Origin: Daphnia carinata | Taxonomy: Eukaryota | NCBI RefSeq assembly: GCF_022539665.2 | Contig: NC_081331.1 | Span: 2,108,001 to 2,172,000, forward strand | Direction of reading: 5' to 3' | DNA length: 64,000 nt | Shown here: positions 38,380 to 51,919 of the stretch, one piece after another | Position numbering within the stretch: position 1 is the stretch's first letter | Layout of the letters: each line of letters begins with the position of its first letter | Program-made: the position numbers and the translations under genes | Notes under the pieces: generated by a model | What the model was told of the DNA's origin: nothing | What the model saw: the letters and a program-made list of their open reading frames with translations, nothing else | Databases searched by the model: none

Positions 38380-40690
38380 ATGTCGACTCGGAACACTAGC
38401 GTGAATAGTAGCAGCGAATCCGCCTGTCAACTGATGAACGAACATTTCGATATCACAACGGGTGTCATCGTTTCGTGCAACTTACTCATCTCGTTGTTTG
38501 CCACTTTTGGCAATCTCCTCGTCATTGTGGCTGTGGTTCGTTATTCCATCCTACGGACGCCTACCAATCATTTCGTGGCCGCTCTCGCGCTGGCCGATCT
38601 CTTGGTCGGACTCGTCATTCCGTTCTACGTTTCATTCTATTTCGATCTACCCGATTACGCTTGCAACCCGACCATTTGCCAAATTAAGAACTTTGTAGCC
38701 ATGTGGACGACGTTGTGCTCTTTCATGTTACTCATCGGCGTCGCGCTCGATCGCTATGTGTCCATTATTCATCCGTTGGCGTATCCAAGGCTCGTCAGTC
38801 GACGGATCTCACGATCCATTGTCGCTTTTGTTTGTCTTTATGTCACTGGCTTTGTGAGTTTACCCTACCTTTGGACTGGAGCCCTTAAGGATTTAACAGT
38901 CATGACCGAGTGTGATTTGGTCTACATCTCGGCCGCCAGCTACGCCATTTTGTTCTGCGCCCATTTGGCTCTCTCCCTCACCGTCACCACTTTACTTTAC
39001 GCTCACATTTTCAGGGAGGCTTGGCGCCAGAATCGTCACCATCTGCATCGCGAGGCCAAAACCGCTCTCATGATGGTATGCACATTTTTCAATATCTAAT
39101 TAGTTATTTCCCCGTTTTTTTTATTTTTTTAAACCGTATCACTTTTAAACTTGTATACCATTAGTTTCTGATTGTTATTTCAAGATCTTTAAAACAGGAA
39201 GAATTATAGTTCCGAAAGTAGATATACAAGGCAACAGTTTATGTCGTTAATGACCTTTCACGATTTGCATAAGAATCTTCCAGGTAGTTGATTATTGTGC
39301 GCATCACGTGCACTGACTTTTATTACATTTTTTCACGAAGCATAAGAAAAAAACTAATAACGCAACATTCGTTTATTTTTTTCTATGTCATCCGAATTTC
39401 TACCCACGACAAAAACACAGGTGTTAATCTTCGGAGTGAACATCGTGAGCACTTTACCTTATCTGATCGTGGTCGGCATCCGATACAGACACAACGAACA
39501 AATCGACCAAACGGCACTCAGCCGCGCTAAAAAGGTATTGTAGCAAGTTGAATGTTGACGCAAACAAGGGTGAAACTAAAAGGCCGCACGCACGGCTGAC
39601 GATCAAGAATTAACGAAATTTTACAAGGGGGGAAAGTTTATCCAAACTCGTTTTATTTTTTTAAAGGACAAAATAGCAACTTTCGATCTGCAATAAAACG
39701 ATAATAAATAACTATAGAGAGCTACCTCTGGCTTTGATGTTAAGCACTCTTCGCTTGAAGTCTGTTCGATCCACCGAAAGATTCGAAAAGTTTTCTCTTG
39801 TACTAGCTCCTTGTATAGCCTTGGTGAACTCGTTTACCAAATCCTCCAAACAAAGTAAGATAATCCAACTTTATCAGACCATGTCGGAAATATAAAAACA
39901 AAAACATGATCGATACAGCTACGTGCATCCCGCAAACGTTCTTGATATGAATGGTTTCCGTGTATTTAGAACCCGAAGGGAGGACGTTGATGCAAACCGC
40001 TTTAACGAAAGGAACTTGTTTTTGCGGTATGACTCGAAAACAGTTTTTCAATTATTAAAAACAGCCATTTCAGCTGTTCGTTAGTCCTTCCTTTTCTGAA
40101 ATTTTTGTTTTGGATAGAATCTAATTTCTGCGCAAGATCACGAAGCGAAATCGTGATAACAACAAGCGGTTCAATCTGGACGTGCACGAGTCACTTCATC
40201 AACACTTGCGATAAAATAAATGATAAACATTTTTTAAAAGACGAATTTCATGCGAGTTATTGCTCAACCAAGCAGCAAAGTTCACGTCAATAAAAAAACA
40301 GAAATGGCGTAAACAAATTCTAAGAAAAAAAATTGTTTTTCTCAACGCCCTTTGCAGGTTGTCATGATCTTGTATTTTGGAAAATCAGCCATCAATCCTC
40401 TCATTTACGGCTGGAAAAACCGTGAATTTCGCTTGGCTTTCGCGCGTTTATTACGTTACGTTCCTTGTTCCAAGTGGGCGATGGAACGCTCCTTGAGTTC
40501 AATGGAAGTCGCCGCAGGAATGGGATCCAGGGCTGGATCTATCCAGCAATCCGAGCGGCGGCGATCGAGTAAAATCTATCAACTAGAACTGCCACCTATC
40601 GAGTGGACGATGAACGCAAACGAACTACCCGGTGAATATCTCCAGCAAGCACCATTCGCAGCAGACGAACATCACGTCACGCACTTGTAA
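38380..40690 (+). CDS. Class A (rhodopsin-like) GPCR, adenosine/aminergic-receptor-like; exons 38380-39075, 39421-39534, 40358-40690
   Basis: GNLLVI (TM1), LALADLLVG (TM2), DRY (TM3), TM6 on a 114-nt phase-0 exon whose frame is not shown in the ORF track (VLIFGVNIVSTLPYLIVVGI), NPLIY (TM7), helix 8 EFRLAF. Confidence 0.9.
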
Positions 40691-43600
40691 AATTCCAATT
40701 CAATCGATGACGATGGCTGTGTTTCAAAATTTTTTCGCTCAGTTCTCGGATACGCCAAGGATTGTTCAAGTCAATTCCCTCGACCCTCGGTTTTTATGTT
40801 TATAGACTGCTTGTCCTTACGCTGGTAAAATGTTTAATATGATATCCGATAGACTGTTATTCTAAATAGCAATTGGAATGTGTTCATGTAATGTTTATAA
40901 CCAGGTTTTATGTTATTTGTATTTCCTCGTTACCCGTCTGTAACGCAAGCTAATACTCGTTTCATTGTCAAATCAAACACGTTTCGCAAATAGCACCTAA
41001 CTGGCCGAAATTCCATTTTCTGCCGATTGACGTAATCGCCAAAAAACATGAATCATCTTGTGTGGCACAAATTTTTAAAAATCCTTATTCCACCTTCCAT
41101 TCCATTTATGTACCTATTCTCGTGGCCCTGTAACAGAAGTGTTCAATCTTATATCTGTTTTTCAAAACAGTCGAGTTCGATGTACGCAAGTCTGTTCGTA
41201 CGAATCTTTATTTCATAAACAGACGACAAGTGCAAAGCTTCGATTGTGTACAAACAAAATCATTCTGAGAAAAAAGTATTATAAATGTTCGACAAGAGAG
41301 CTATCGATGATTGCAACGTAAGGTAAAATTTTTGGTAATTTTTGGATGCAAAATTTTCCATCATTTAACTACAAAAAAAAAATCTATGTAAATCTGCTCC
41401 CGACTTAACTCCATATCTCCTTTTTCACATCAATCTAGTGTGGCGTGAAGGCGACTGATTTAGAAACCGTTTATGGAAATTTTCTCGGAGTGCGCACGTC
41501 GCCTGGAATACTCATTCAACATTCTACCCAGCGGCTCTACAAAATGGGCAATATTAGAAATGGCCTTATTTTAATGTTCATGGCGAACCCCAAAGGTGTG
41601 CCGATGGAACAATATTAAATTCAGGCATACTTCAGAATGACGTCAATGAAAGCCAATGGGACTGCTGGTTACATACTGAAGGGAACAGGAAAGTTTAATC
41701 ACGTAAAGTGCATTTGAGATGTTCATCTTCTCAAAGTAGGGGGTCCAAAGGTTAGACGTTTAATTTCTCATTTTATTTACACAGTCGCGTTAAAATGCCG
41801 CAATAAAGCAATCGTTGGCGCAATAATAATACGAAATTCATGAAAACGCAGTATAAATTGCTTAAGGTGCAGTCAGGTGCAGCTGATAGACAAGTTTACT
41901 GTATTTTTATTTCAACTGAAAACTTTCCAACAGTGCAACCGTGATAACAGTCATGCCATGACCTTGGTGAGCTAGTCGCAAAATTTCACGGTAGATGGCT
42001 TGGGAATCTGTCGAGTCGACAAAACAAATTTGTTGTCTACAATCTATAGGCGTGTGCGTCGGCTGCAGAGAACGAAAAAAGTCACAATAGCTTTTAGGTT
42101 GTCGAGTGAGCGATGTTTGGTCAAAGATTATGACATCTCCCGACGGGTAAGTGGATTCTTATCTTCCCTTTTCACGTCTAGATTGACAGTAGTAAACTTC
42201 TTTGTCTTATTTGTCTTCTCATTCGGGTCTCATTTATTGGGATGTCGTTTCCTCGTCTCGGAGGGTGGTTTCATTCTTTCTGGCATTGCTTTGGCTCGTG
42301 CCACACAAACCAATTCATCATCACATGTGTCTTGGTCAGTAGATCATCAAAAAGAAAGCCACAAAGATTCGCATTATACAGCAGTGCTTCGTTCACAGCG
42401 TTTGGTCGATATTTTTGCGTCAGCTGAAAACAAGTTGGAATCGGTTTGTCGCAAAAGGGGTGTGGAGAGAAAAAGGGTTTCAGAGAATGTTAGACGGGCA
42501 CTCACGTCATGTCGCCATCTTCCACCACAAAAGCAGAAAGCAATTTCGATTTCGTTCATCGATTGCAAAACTGGTTTCAACTACACTTCTAAATGCTAAT
42601 GCGTATAAAACACATTTTCGGTCCATTTGCTCTTCGTGACTTGCACTGAGCCCTTAACTTTTGCTTGTCCAGCCAATGCACTAGAGGTTTTGTAACATCT
42701 TTGATGAAAAAGACAATATCAGGAAATAATCGATCCGTTCTTTTTGGCTCCCACACGCTTAAAGACTTCTGACTAAGCCTCCGTATCACCTCGATAACAA
42801 AAGTTGTAATAGGTTTCTGACATTGTATATTCAGAAGCCTTCGGTTTTGAATTAGAACCATACTCCCCTTTGTTAAGAAACCCAAATCTCTACGTGCCTG
42901 TTAAATGAAGTGGAACTCCTTTTCCATATAAATAACTGAAGTTCACCGTAAAGCAGAAAACTGAGCTCGTGTTTCTTGCAGTCAATGAATCACAGATAGC
43001 GGGTTGGCCATGAATATTGAGAGAATTCGAGACACATGGCATAATCAAGTTCTGGAGAAGGGAAAGAAAAAAGAAAGACTATAGGATTACTAATGAATCC
43101 ATTCCTAAAGCTCACTGTCGGAATGTTAAGAAGTCTCAACAGTGATATGCCCTTCTCCCTTGCTACGACTACCAGATCATTAATCAGCCATGCATGCCTC
43201 TCGGTCTCGCTACGCTTAGGCCGCACGCGTAACTTTTTTTTTATTTCTTGTCCTCCAATTCTCCCCAGCCCAACGAGCTAAATAAAATCGTTAAATATTG
43301 GAGAAGAGCTTTTAAGTAACTAAGGTCACTGAATAGGTAGCAAATTGGACTTGTTCTTTTTTCGACAAAAACGAATCTCCTTAATCTAATTTTCAATAAT
43401 CCATTTTGCTGCTAAAAATCATTGACTAGTTAATGAGGAGTTACTAGGAGCAAATCGTTGAATAGAATATCGCAGCAAAATGGGAAAAAAAACAATCATT
43501 AAAATTGCTGTTGGAGTGAGGAAGCCAATTACTGGTTGACGTCGTGGAAATTACGACCCCCAAGTTCGAGCGACAGCCATTAGGATCTTTACGATTTATG

Positions 43601-45089
43601 TCCAGATTTGTGTGTCTTACGGGAGGAACAAAAAAAATACATTGTGGAACTTTTGACCGCTAAGCGGAGCAATATCGTTCATCAGCGCACATCCCCCGCA
43701 GATGCTATATTTCTCTACCCATTCAGCAGACTTTGATGGAGGAGTTGCGCAGGATCAAATCCGCCCCGTTAATATCCGAAAGATAGTCTCTTTCCTTTTA
43801 GTTTTTCATAGTGCATCAAACAGCTGGAAGGGGGGGGGGGGGGGGTAATAGGTACGACAGCGACGACGAAAGAAAAGAGCCTTAGTCGATATGCACTGTG
43901 TATCGTTCTGTATCGGGGCTTAAGACCTACTACACTGGCACTGGCTTGCGCGCACACAAGGGCACAGCCAGTCGGTGCCCGTCTGTCGATAACGTCGCCC
44001 ACATTTCCTTTCGTTCTCGACGGCCATCAGTTGGATAATCCTTTTATTTTGGTGCTAAAATCCAATTAGTATTTTTGACCCGTCTCTTTTGTCTATTTTG
44101 ATTGTGGCATCATGTTTGACCATTGTCGGCCCGCTGTCAACAATTGCGGTATGTTTCCTAGTTCGTTTACTTCACTTTTTTCCTCTGTGTTTTTTGACAC
44201 CTTATTAGTCAAACGTCAATTAGTGGCAATGGATTGTTTGGGTTCGAACGCAATGACACACGAAAAAAGAAAGCGTTCAAAACTTTCACATTTGGTTTGG
44301 ATGTGATTAATTTCATTTCGATCGATCGCTGAGAGAAACGTTCTATGAGTCACAAGAGTTACAAGTTGGTCGGCCATCTTTCCCCGCCGCTGTATTGATC
44401 GGTTGGTTGCGAAGCGACGCCATATACCTCTGGCCCTTGCAGTGAACACACGGGCGCCTACCCCGTTCTTTACTGTCCTTTTTTTCAGTTCTTTTATTTG
44501 AGTTTTTTGTTATTGTACTGCCCGCACGACTCACGCTAAAATTCACTTTCGCTAGTCTGTGACGTCCCTGCGACTTAGATTTTCCTTTCTTTCTTTCTTT
44601 TTATTCTTCTTTGTATATATAAAAAAACTTCTCCGGTTGTCGTCACAAGGCACTGTTCCCTAGCTCAGTTGAGAAAGTGCCACGATGACATAAATTATAT
44701 GAGAAGGCGGAATTTGTTTAGTGAAGACAACATTTTCCATCAGCATTTCTTATGTTGATTCTGGCTGTGTTTTCTCTCTTCCGGTGATCTTGCTTTGTGA
44801 TAGACGCCGTAGGCGTCATTGCGTTCGAACCCTTTCACACGGCCACGATCGATGCAGCCCAAAAATATTTTTCATCTTCTTCCTTTTTTTTCATTGCTGT
44901 TGAATTACGCCCAAAAAAATTCATTGGAGCTATTGGTTGTGTTTTCATTTTGTTGTCGTTATTCTTTTGGATGTATTCGCGGGGGCATGCTCGGAATTAC
45001 AGTATAGCCTGAGCACGCTACGTTCAGACTTTGGTTCAGTATAACCGCTGATCGGTATAGGAGGCGGGGGGCCCTTATCCTTGTTCAAG

Positions 45090-48000
45090 ATGGGCGACCA
45101 GCCGATTTCTGGCCAAGACGAAGACATTTTCCTAGGTACTAACCGCCATGGTTTTCTTTTTTTCTCTTCTTATTATTGTGCGTATTCGTTCTGCCCGATT
45201 ACCGGAACAACGTTATGTTCGTTGGTTTTATTCATTTTTTTTTCTCCCCATCTTCTTCGGTTCTTTTGCGCGAAATTTCATCGTTTGCCTCAGTGAACGT
45301 CGCATTTTTTTGGTGATTTTATTTTATCTTTTTTTTTTTTTTTGGTTCGGTTCGCCTTTATTATGTTATGGATTCTTAATGTAATTCTTTATCTTTCGGC
45401 TGCTTCCTTTACGATTGATATTTTTGGCTCGGATCCCTCATTTCTTTTGTGTCTTGTCCAACTTGCATTTGCAATCTGATCCTTTCCAGTAATCCAATCG
45501 TCGCTGTTTGTCACCTACAGAGAACGGACGATTGAGCTACGAGAATCCAAACTACCAGCTTCACTTGAACGCTGTCCGTCTGGAAGACGCTCTCAATTCG
45601 AACACGGAACACTATAATCTCAACTCTGCCCTGCTCGGCTACAGCATGGACGTCCTCTCTCCACAACTCTCCAACATGGTACGTAAACAATGACATTAAC
45701 TTAAAGCTTTAACTACTTACTAGGCCTATAAACTGTATCAATGTCGCATCTAATGACAGGATCTCGGCATGGAACTCGAATTGGCCCGGACTGGTTCTAG
45801 CACCAGTTTGAGTGGCGGAAATGCCACCCGTCAAAGACGACACTACGCTTCGCTTGATCCCATGTCCATGGGCGTTGACGTCCAAGTGGGTCCGGTGATG
45901 AATCTCGGCAGTCCAGATTTTGACAACAATAGGTGTGTGCCCGCCATATTTTTTAAACACGCACTTTTGGATAGATCGGAATCCCAATACAATGTGTGTG
46001 TGCGTGATTTTATTTCCAGGGGCGTGTTGGACAATTATGGCACTTCTGTCGATATTGAACAGCGCAAGTCTGCAATGGAAAGACAATGCACTGATAGCAG
46101 CAGCGTCGATACGGGCTCTCCGTCTGCGTCGGAGAGTAGCTGCCCTACAGCCACTGGCTGCGATAGTGAGCCAGAAAGAAATGAAGATCAACTGCCACCC
46201 GGCTGGGAAAAACACGAAGGTTAATATTTGTTTGAAGCATTCTCTGACAACGACTCGAGTGCTTTACTTCAAAAGATTTTAATATTTTTTCCTCTTATTG
46301 TACAGATGACGATGGGCCCTATTATTGGCACATCAAAAGCGGAACTATTCAACGTGAACCTCCTGAGAACAAAGATTCATCTAGCCAACCAGCGATGAAT
46401 TTTCAACGCCAAATCGTGCGCGAAGCTGAGGTTTGCCTTTTATTTTTATTACAACAATATTTTAGTATACTCATCTTTTTATTATTTTTAAGGCTATTAG
46501 TGCCAGCTTCACTCCAGTGGTTCCCAGGAGCACCACTAGCTTTACCCTCTCCGACTTGGACAGCATCCGCTCCAAAGAGGATATGGCCTTCAAGTAATTG
46601 TGGATCAAATTTAGAAATTCAATACTCATCTATATTTCAATTCCAGTCTTAATCTTCACGATAGAAGGCGAAGTTTTCCCGTATCGCTCGGCTCCGGTGT
46701 TTCTGCAGAATCGCGGAATTCTGCGCCAAAATCGCCAGCTATTCGATTTTCTGTCCGCTCGTTGGGTTGGGTTGAAATAGCTGAAGAAGATCTCACCCCT
46801 GAGCGCAGTTCGAAAGCCGTCAACCGTTGCATTGTCGATTTGAGCTTGGGCCGTCATGACTTGCTCGATGTGGTCGGCCGTTGGGGAGATGTAAGAAACA
46901 GAATTTTTTCTTTTAATCAACTTTAACAAAAACTATTGATTTTGGAACAGGGCAAGGATTTATTCATGGATCTCGATGAAGGTTCGCTAAAGCTAATTGA
47001 TACGGAGAATTTCGCTGTTCTGAATAGTCAGCCCATACACACTATCCGCGTCTGGGGTGTCGGTCGTGACAACGGACGGTAATTTTTCCCACCAGAAATT
47101 GAAATTGTTTTTTTAGATGTTAGTATCTTCAATTGGTGGAGGTGTTTTAATACTCATTATTCTTTCTTCCCACACTTCAACATCCTTGCGACTTTGCGGG
47201 AAAACAGGGAAAGGTAAAAATGAACAAACCAGCACTGCTCGATTGCACTTGGTTGCGTTTCATCCAATTCTCATTCCCGCAACCCATGCATGCTATGCAC
47301 TTTTTGCAAAAGAAAAAGATGGCACGCTCTCTTCTTTTTTGTTTTTTTGTGTTTTCGTGGCACCAATATCCATGCAAAACATTTGGTGATAATGGATCAC
47401 TCTTTTTTTGATAGGGATTTCGCTTACGTCGCCCGCGACCGCGTGACACGAAGGCACATGTGCCACGTCTTCCGCTGCGACACGCCGGCCCGCACCATTG
47501 CCAACACACTCAGGGACATCTGCAAAAAGATCATGATCGAGCGCAACTTGCAGCACGGATTCGCTAAATCTGCCGACAACGGTAATCGACTCGGTTCTGT
47601 TAGGCATTCTTTTTGCCTTCCTCGTGTTTTTGTTTTTTTTTTCTTTACGTTCTTCATTTGTTTTTTTTTTTTTTTTTTTTTTTTTTAAGGTGCTAACGTG
47701 GTTGCTAACACACTTGGATGTAGCCCTCTTCCTGCATCTCGTAGCCGGCCAAGCAACTTGCCATCAGAACAACGGCGCCATACCAGCAAAATCGGACAGA
47801 TATTGTTGTCGAGTACGTTATTGCGCAACGAGCCCGTTCAAATCGATTCTCATCAATGCTTCATTTGTGTTCAGGCCAGAGTTTCCCTACACCAATGGAA
47901 GAACCGCGTAAGGTGCTAAAAGCGCAGTACATTGGCAGCCTTCAAGTGCGCCGTCCCAGCGGTATGGATACGCTGAACGACGCCATCGATCAAATGGCAA

Positions 48001-48590
48001 GCCAAGTACCAGCCGACCAATGGCGAGACGTCAATGTGGCCGTCGCACCTTCAGTAGTTACCATCACCGATGCAGAGGTGAACATTTTTAAAAGCATTTA
48101 GCACACGTCGTATCGGCTTGCTAAAAAATCTCGTGTTTCGTAACAGGACGACGAAAAGATCATCGTGGAATCGCGTGTCCGATTCCTCTCGTTTCTGGGC
48201 ATCGGCCGCCAGGTGGAGAATTGCGGTTTCATCGTCCATACGGCCAACGATGTCTACATCGCCCACGTTCTCTGCTGCCATCCTTCGTCCGGCGCCATCT
48301 GTAAGACAATAGAAGCCGCTTGCAAGGTATTATTTCATGGAAAGTCATACCTGATATTGAATTTGTATCCGATGTCATTGTCTTTTGGGTATCGCCGTCT
48401 CTTGCAGTTGCGTTATCAGAAATGCCTGGATGCTCACGGTGCCCTTAGGGGACGGATCACCAATTCGTCGTCGACAGCCCAGACGCCGACGGGCCGCAGC
48501 TTGGAATCACTGAGTGCTACTCTCAAGTCTGTCTTCGGTTCCATTAGTCTTGGATCAAAAAAGACGAACAAAACTACCGGCGAATCGTGA
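45090..48590 (+). CDS. APBB: Fe65/APBB family adaptor (WW plus two PTB domains), multi-exon
   Basis: WW LPPGWEKHEDDDGPYYWHIKSGTIQREPP; PTB1 IRFSVRSLGWVEI...IRVWGVGRDNGRDFAYVARD...HMCHVFRCD; PTB2 FPTPMEEPRK...RVRFLSFLGIG...AACKLRYQKCLDA. Confidence 0.93.
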
Positions 48591-51500
48591 ATGTTTTGCC
48601 TCCAGCGCCGATTAAGTCTCCCTTTTTATTATAATTTTTTTTTTCTTTCGTTCAGTGAACAATAACGGTGCGATATGAACAAAAAAAACAGATAGGACTC
48701 GTCTTTCGAGGATCATCAAGAGGGATACTCTAATAAAAGTTAAAGAAAAATGGATTACATTTGCCCTATTCAAAGAAAAGAAGATATATCCGCCCCATGC
48801 ACTTAGTGTATTTACGCTCTTCTCTCGTCTCACAATCCCAAGCATTGTTTCTTCGTCCAATCTTCTTCGCTTTCGTAGAGGTTACCCTCAACTTGAATTC
48901 TTTCTTTACCAGGTTAAAAGTGAAAGCTACCAGAACTTCGGTTTCTGTATGAAGAGTGCATACAGATCTGTTTGATTTTGCGTTCCGCCTGACGCCGAAC
49001 CTCTTTTCAGGTTGAACTGTTCTCTCTCGTTTTTGAAATTATGTGCTGATTTCTTGTCCCAGTTCATTTTTTTTATTGGCATTTCTCTATTGCTGGATGT
49101 CATACATTAAAAAAAATACATTATTTAGTGCCATCGCCGATGCGAACTTCTGCCCTCCTTTTTCTAGCATCTCAACGTCGTGTATTAGGAACCCATCTAG
49201 TTTTGTTAACTATTTTTGCCCGCACCAACTCTGTAATCTCTATACATACAATGTGCGACGCCTCAAGATATCATCGTTAATCCACGAGTGTTTCAAGAGC
49301 TAGACGGTTCGATGAGTTATGTTACCCGGTTCACACACATTACACATAAACACAATATCTTTTACTTGGTATTATAACAAAACGACCGTTACTGATGTCA
49401 CATTAACAATAAACATTTGACGTTAAAATGGAGTGGTCTGCAGTATGTTTTTTTTAACGTCGAATAGTTAGTTACTTTAACTTGTGAGTGAAAGACAGAT
49501 GTAAAGCCAAACATACCCCTTAATGACCCAGCTGTTGCTTTCATCGTCCACGACGTCCTTGAAAGCTATTTGACGGACGCTACATCCTTCTACAGGGCAT
49601 CCATTGAAAGGAAACCTGTTCGAGCAAGCCGAGACACCTGCCGTGCAACCGACGCTTTGTGCAGCTGTCTGCTTATCTGTATGAGTTATGATTGGAAAGC
49701 AGCCTACTTCTACTACAATGTATTAATAAAATGTGAATAGAAAATAGGTAAAATGAGAGTTGCGGGTGCTAAACTAGATCGTAGGTTGTATTCTTGGTTA
49801 AATTACGCATTGGGATGATTGGTTGTACGGGAATCGGGGGAGAACAAAATTGAACGCGGAGCAATAAATTATAAGAGAAAGGCTAGAACGACCCTGCAAG
49901 GATGGCAAATCAAAACAGTAATCTCTTCGATATAATTATCTGTTTAAAAGGAAGGGATAGCTGGCATAGCTTTAAAACGCACTCGATGTAATGCGCCATG
50001 AGTCCTGCCAACGGTTGTAGCTAAGCATGCTCTCAACTTGGCAAAAGCAGTAAAAACCAGCCTTGTCCCTGAATGAGTATTGATTATAGAGTAACTTTTT
50101 TTCTATTTTTTTTTTCTTATATTTTTAATGAACCATTCACATTTTCGCAACCAAGGGCAAATAAATAATCTTTACCTTATACGTAAATTACGTAACGCAA
50201 ATGCCCATAAGCATTCTACGTGGTGGTATCTTTAGACTCCACCTGTTTTATCGCCTCAAGTGATTGTTCTCCATTTTCCCCAACTGTTTTTCTTTTGTTT
50301 TTGTTTTTACCTTTTTTGCTTTGACAAATTGTAGGGGAATCGTCATTGCGCTAGAAGCGAAGGAAGAGTCCGCTTGTTTTTTTCTTTTTCCTCAATGGCA
50401 TTTTTTTCGCCCCCACCCTCTCTCCTCAGCGTCTGCCTTTAAGGGTTTCCTGCAAAATTGGGTAAAAGGACATTTGTCATGACTGAGCAGTTCAACTTCT
50501 TTATCTATCTGTGTCTCCAAACAATCTCGACAGGACATTTAAAACCAAAGTGTTTAATTTTCTCATAGTTTCTCAACCTATAACTGTAGTCATTCCGAGA
50601 ATGTTTGAACACGTGAAAAGGAGACGATTCGAGAAAAAAAAAAAAACTCTCTACAAGTGGCAATTTCCCAACAACCTTCTATCCCCTTCGTCACGGCTGG
50701 TCATGTTCCAAGGAAGCTCGAGCAGGCTAGGAGGACTGGTCAAAGTCGGAAGCAAGGTCAGTGCTGAAATAGAGATGTACATCTGTAACCGTGGTTCACA
50801 ACTTGTTGGGTAACTCTACCGTAAGGTTTTCTACCACGTCTACCAGTAGTGTCATGCTGACGTCAATTTATTACTACAAATGCACATTTGCAACTATGTA
50901 CAGGTAACAGGGTATTTAATGTAACTTACGAACAGTCAACGGTGGAAGCTGCTTTGTGTCAGTGTCGGTTAGGTCTAAGAATCGTCTGTTGAGTTCCCTA
51001 ATCGTAAACACAACCATTCCTGCTACCACAAATGTGCAACCTTACGTCAAAAACGTTGTGTAACACCCAAAGTGAACAAAGTTGAGTGTAATCCTGTTTA
51101 ATATCTTTCGCCACTAGGTAACGGATTTGTTTAGGGCTATTTGTTTTCATCCATACGAAGTTTGTTTCATGTTTTTTTATTGTGAATAGTACGTTTAACG
51201 TTTAACAGACAGTAAAGCGGTGAATAAAGAAAACAAGTTTCAGACTGGAAATGGAACAAAGAAAAGTATCGGTTTTTCAAGAGCTGTTCTAACAAAAGTT
51301 GTTCGGGTAGGGTTTTTCTTTTGAGCAATTGTTTCTGGGGCTGGTCACTGCTATACTTTCACACAGATATATTGTTAACAATATGTCCTAAATGAAAGGT
51401 AGTTCTTAATATACTGCCATTCTTTAAGGACGATTGCGTTCTAAGAAGAATATTATTACATTTCGATAAAAGTTTCATCCATTTTGTTTTGATTTTGTTT

Positions 51501-51919
51501 TTATGGGAAGAAGAGGGAAAACCAGTTTTTCAAATAAAGGTGGCTACTTTCACTAAAGATTTGATTTCAACACAACTTTAATAACAGTTGCCTAAAAGCT
51601 AATTGAATAGATTACCTGAACCATTTTTCGTTAAGCCATCCATACCTGATCCTAAGCCGAGCCATCAAAACAAGATATGTAACAAGTTTGGCAGCATCAT
51701 TAAAGACATTTGAAGATAAAATACGTAACGAGTAGTCGTGAACACGAAATTAAGGAAATTAGAGTATGAAAATGCAGAAAAACAAAATCAATGAAAAGAC
51801 TTCTACGAAGAAAGTTAGAAAGTAAAACAACCTGCTGATTTACCTACCAGTCTTTCGCTAATAATTTAAGCGTTGGTAAAAAAAAAATTGTGGCTTTTGG
51901 TTAATTGCAAGACAGATAT

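Noticed and set aside
39076..40357. GPCR apparently missing TM6 in the ORF track
   Set aside because: An in-frame TM6 exon exists at 39421-39534.
42000..42599. 199-aa ORF between the GPCR and Fe65
   Set aside because: Non-ATG start, no recognisable domain or splice context.
45933..46019. Stop-free 87-nt Fe65 intron as a retained coding segment
   Set aside because: Short 3n stop-free introns often occur by chance; no other support.
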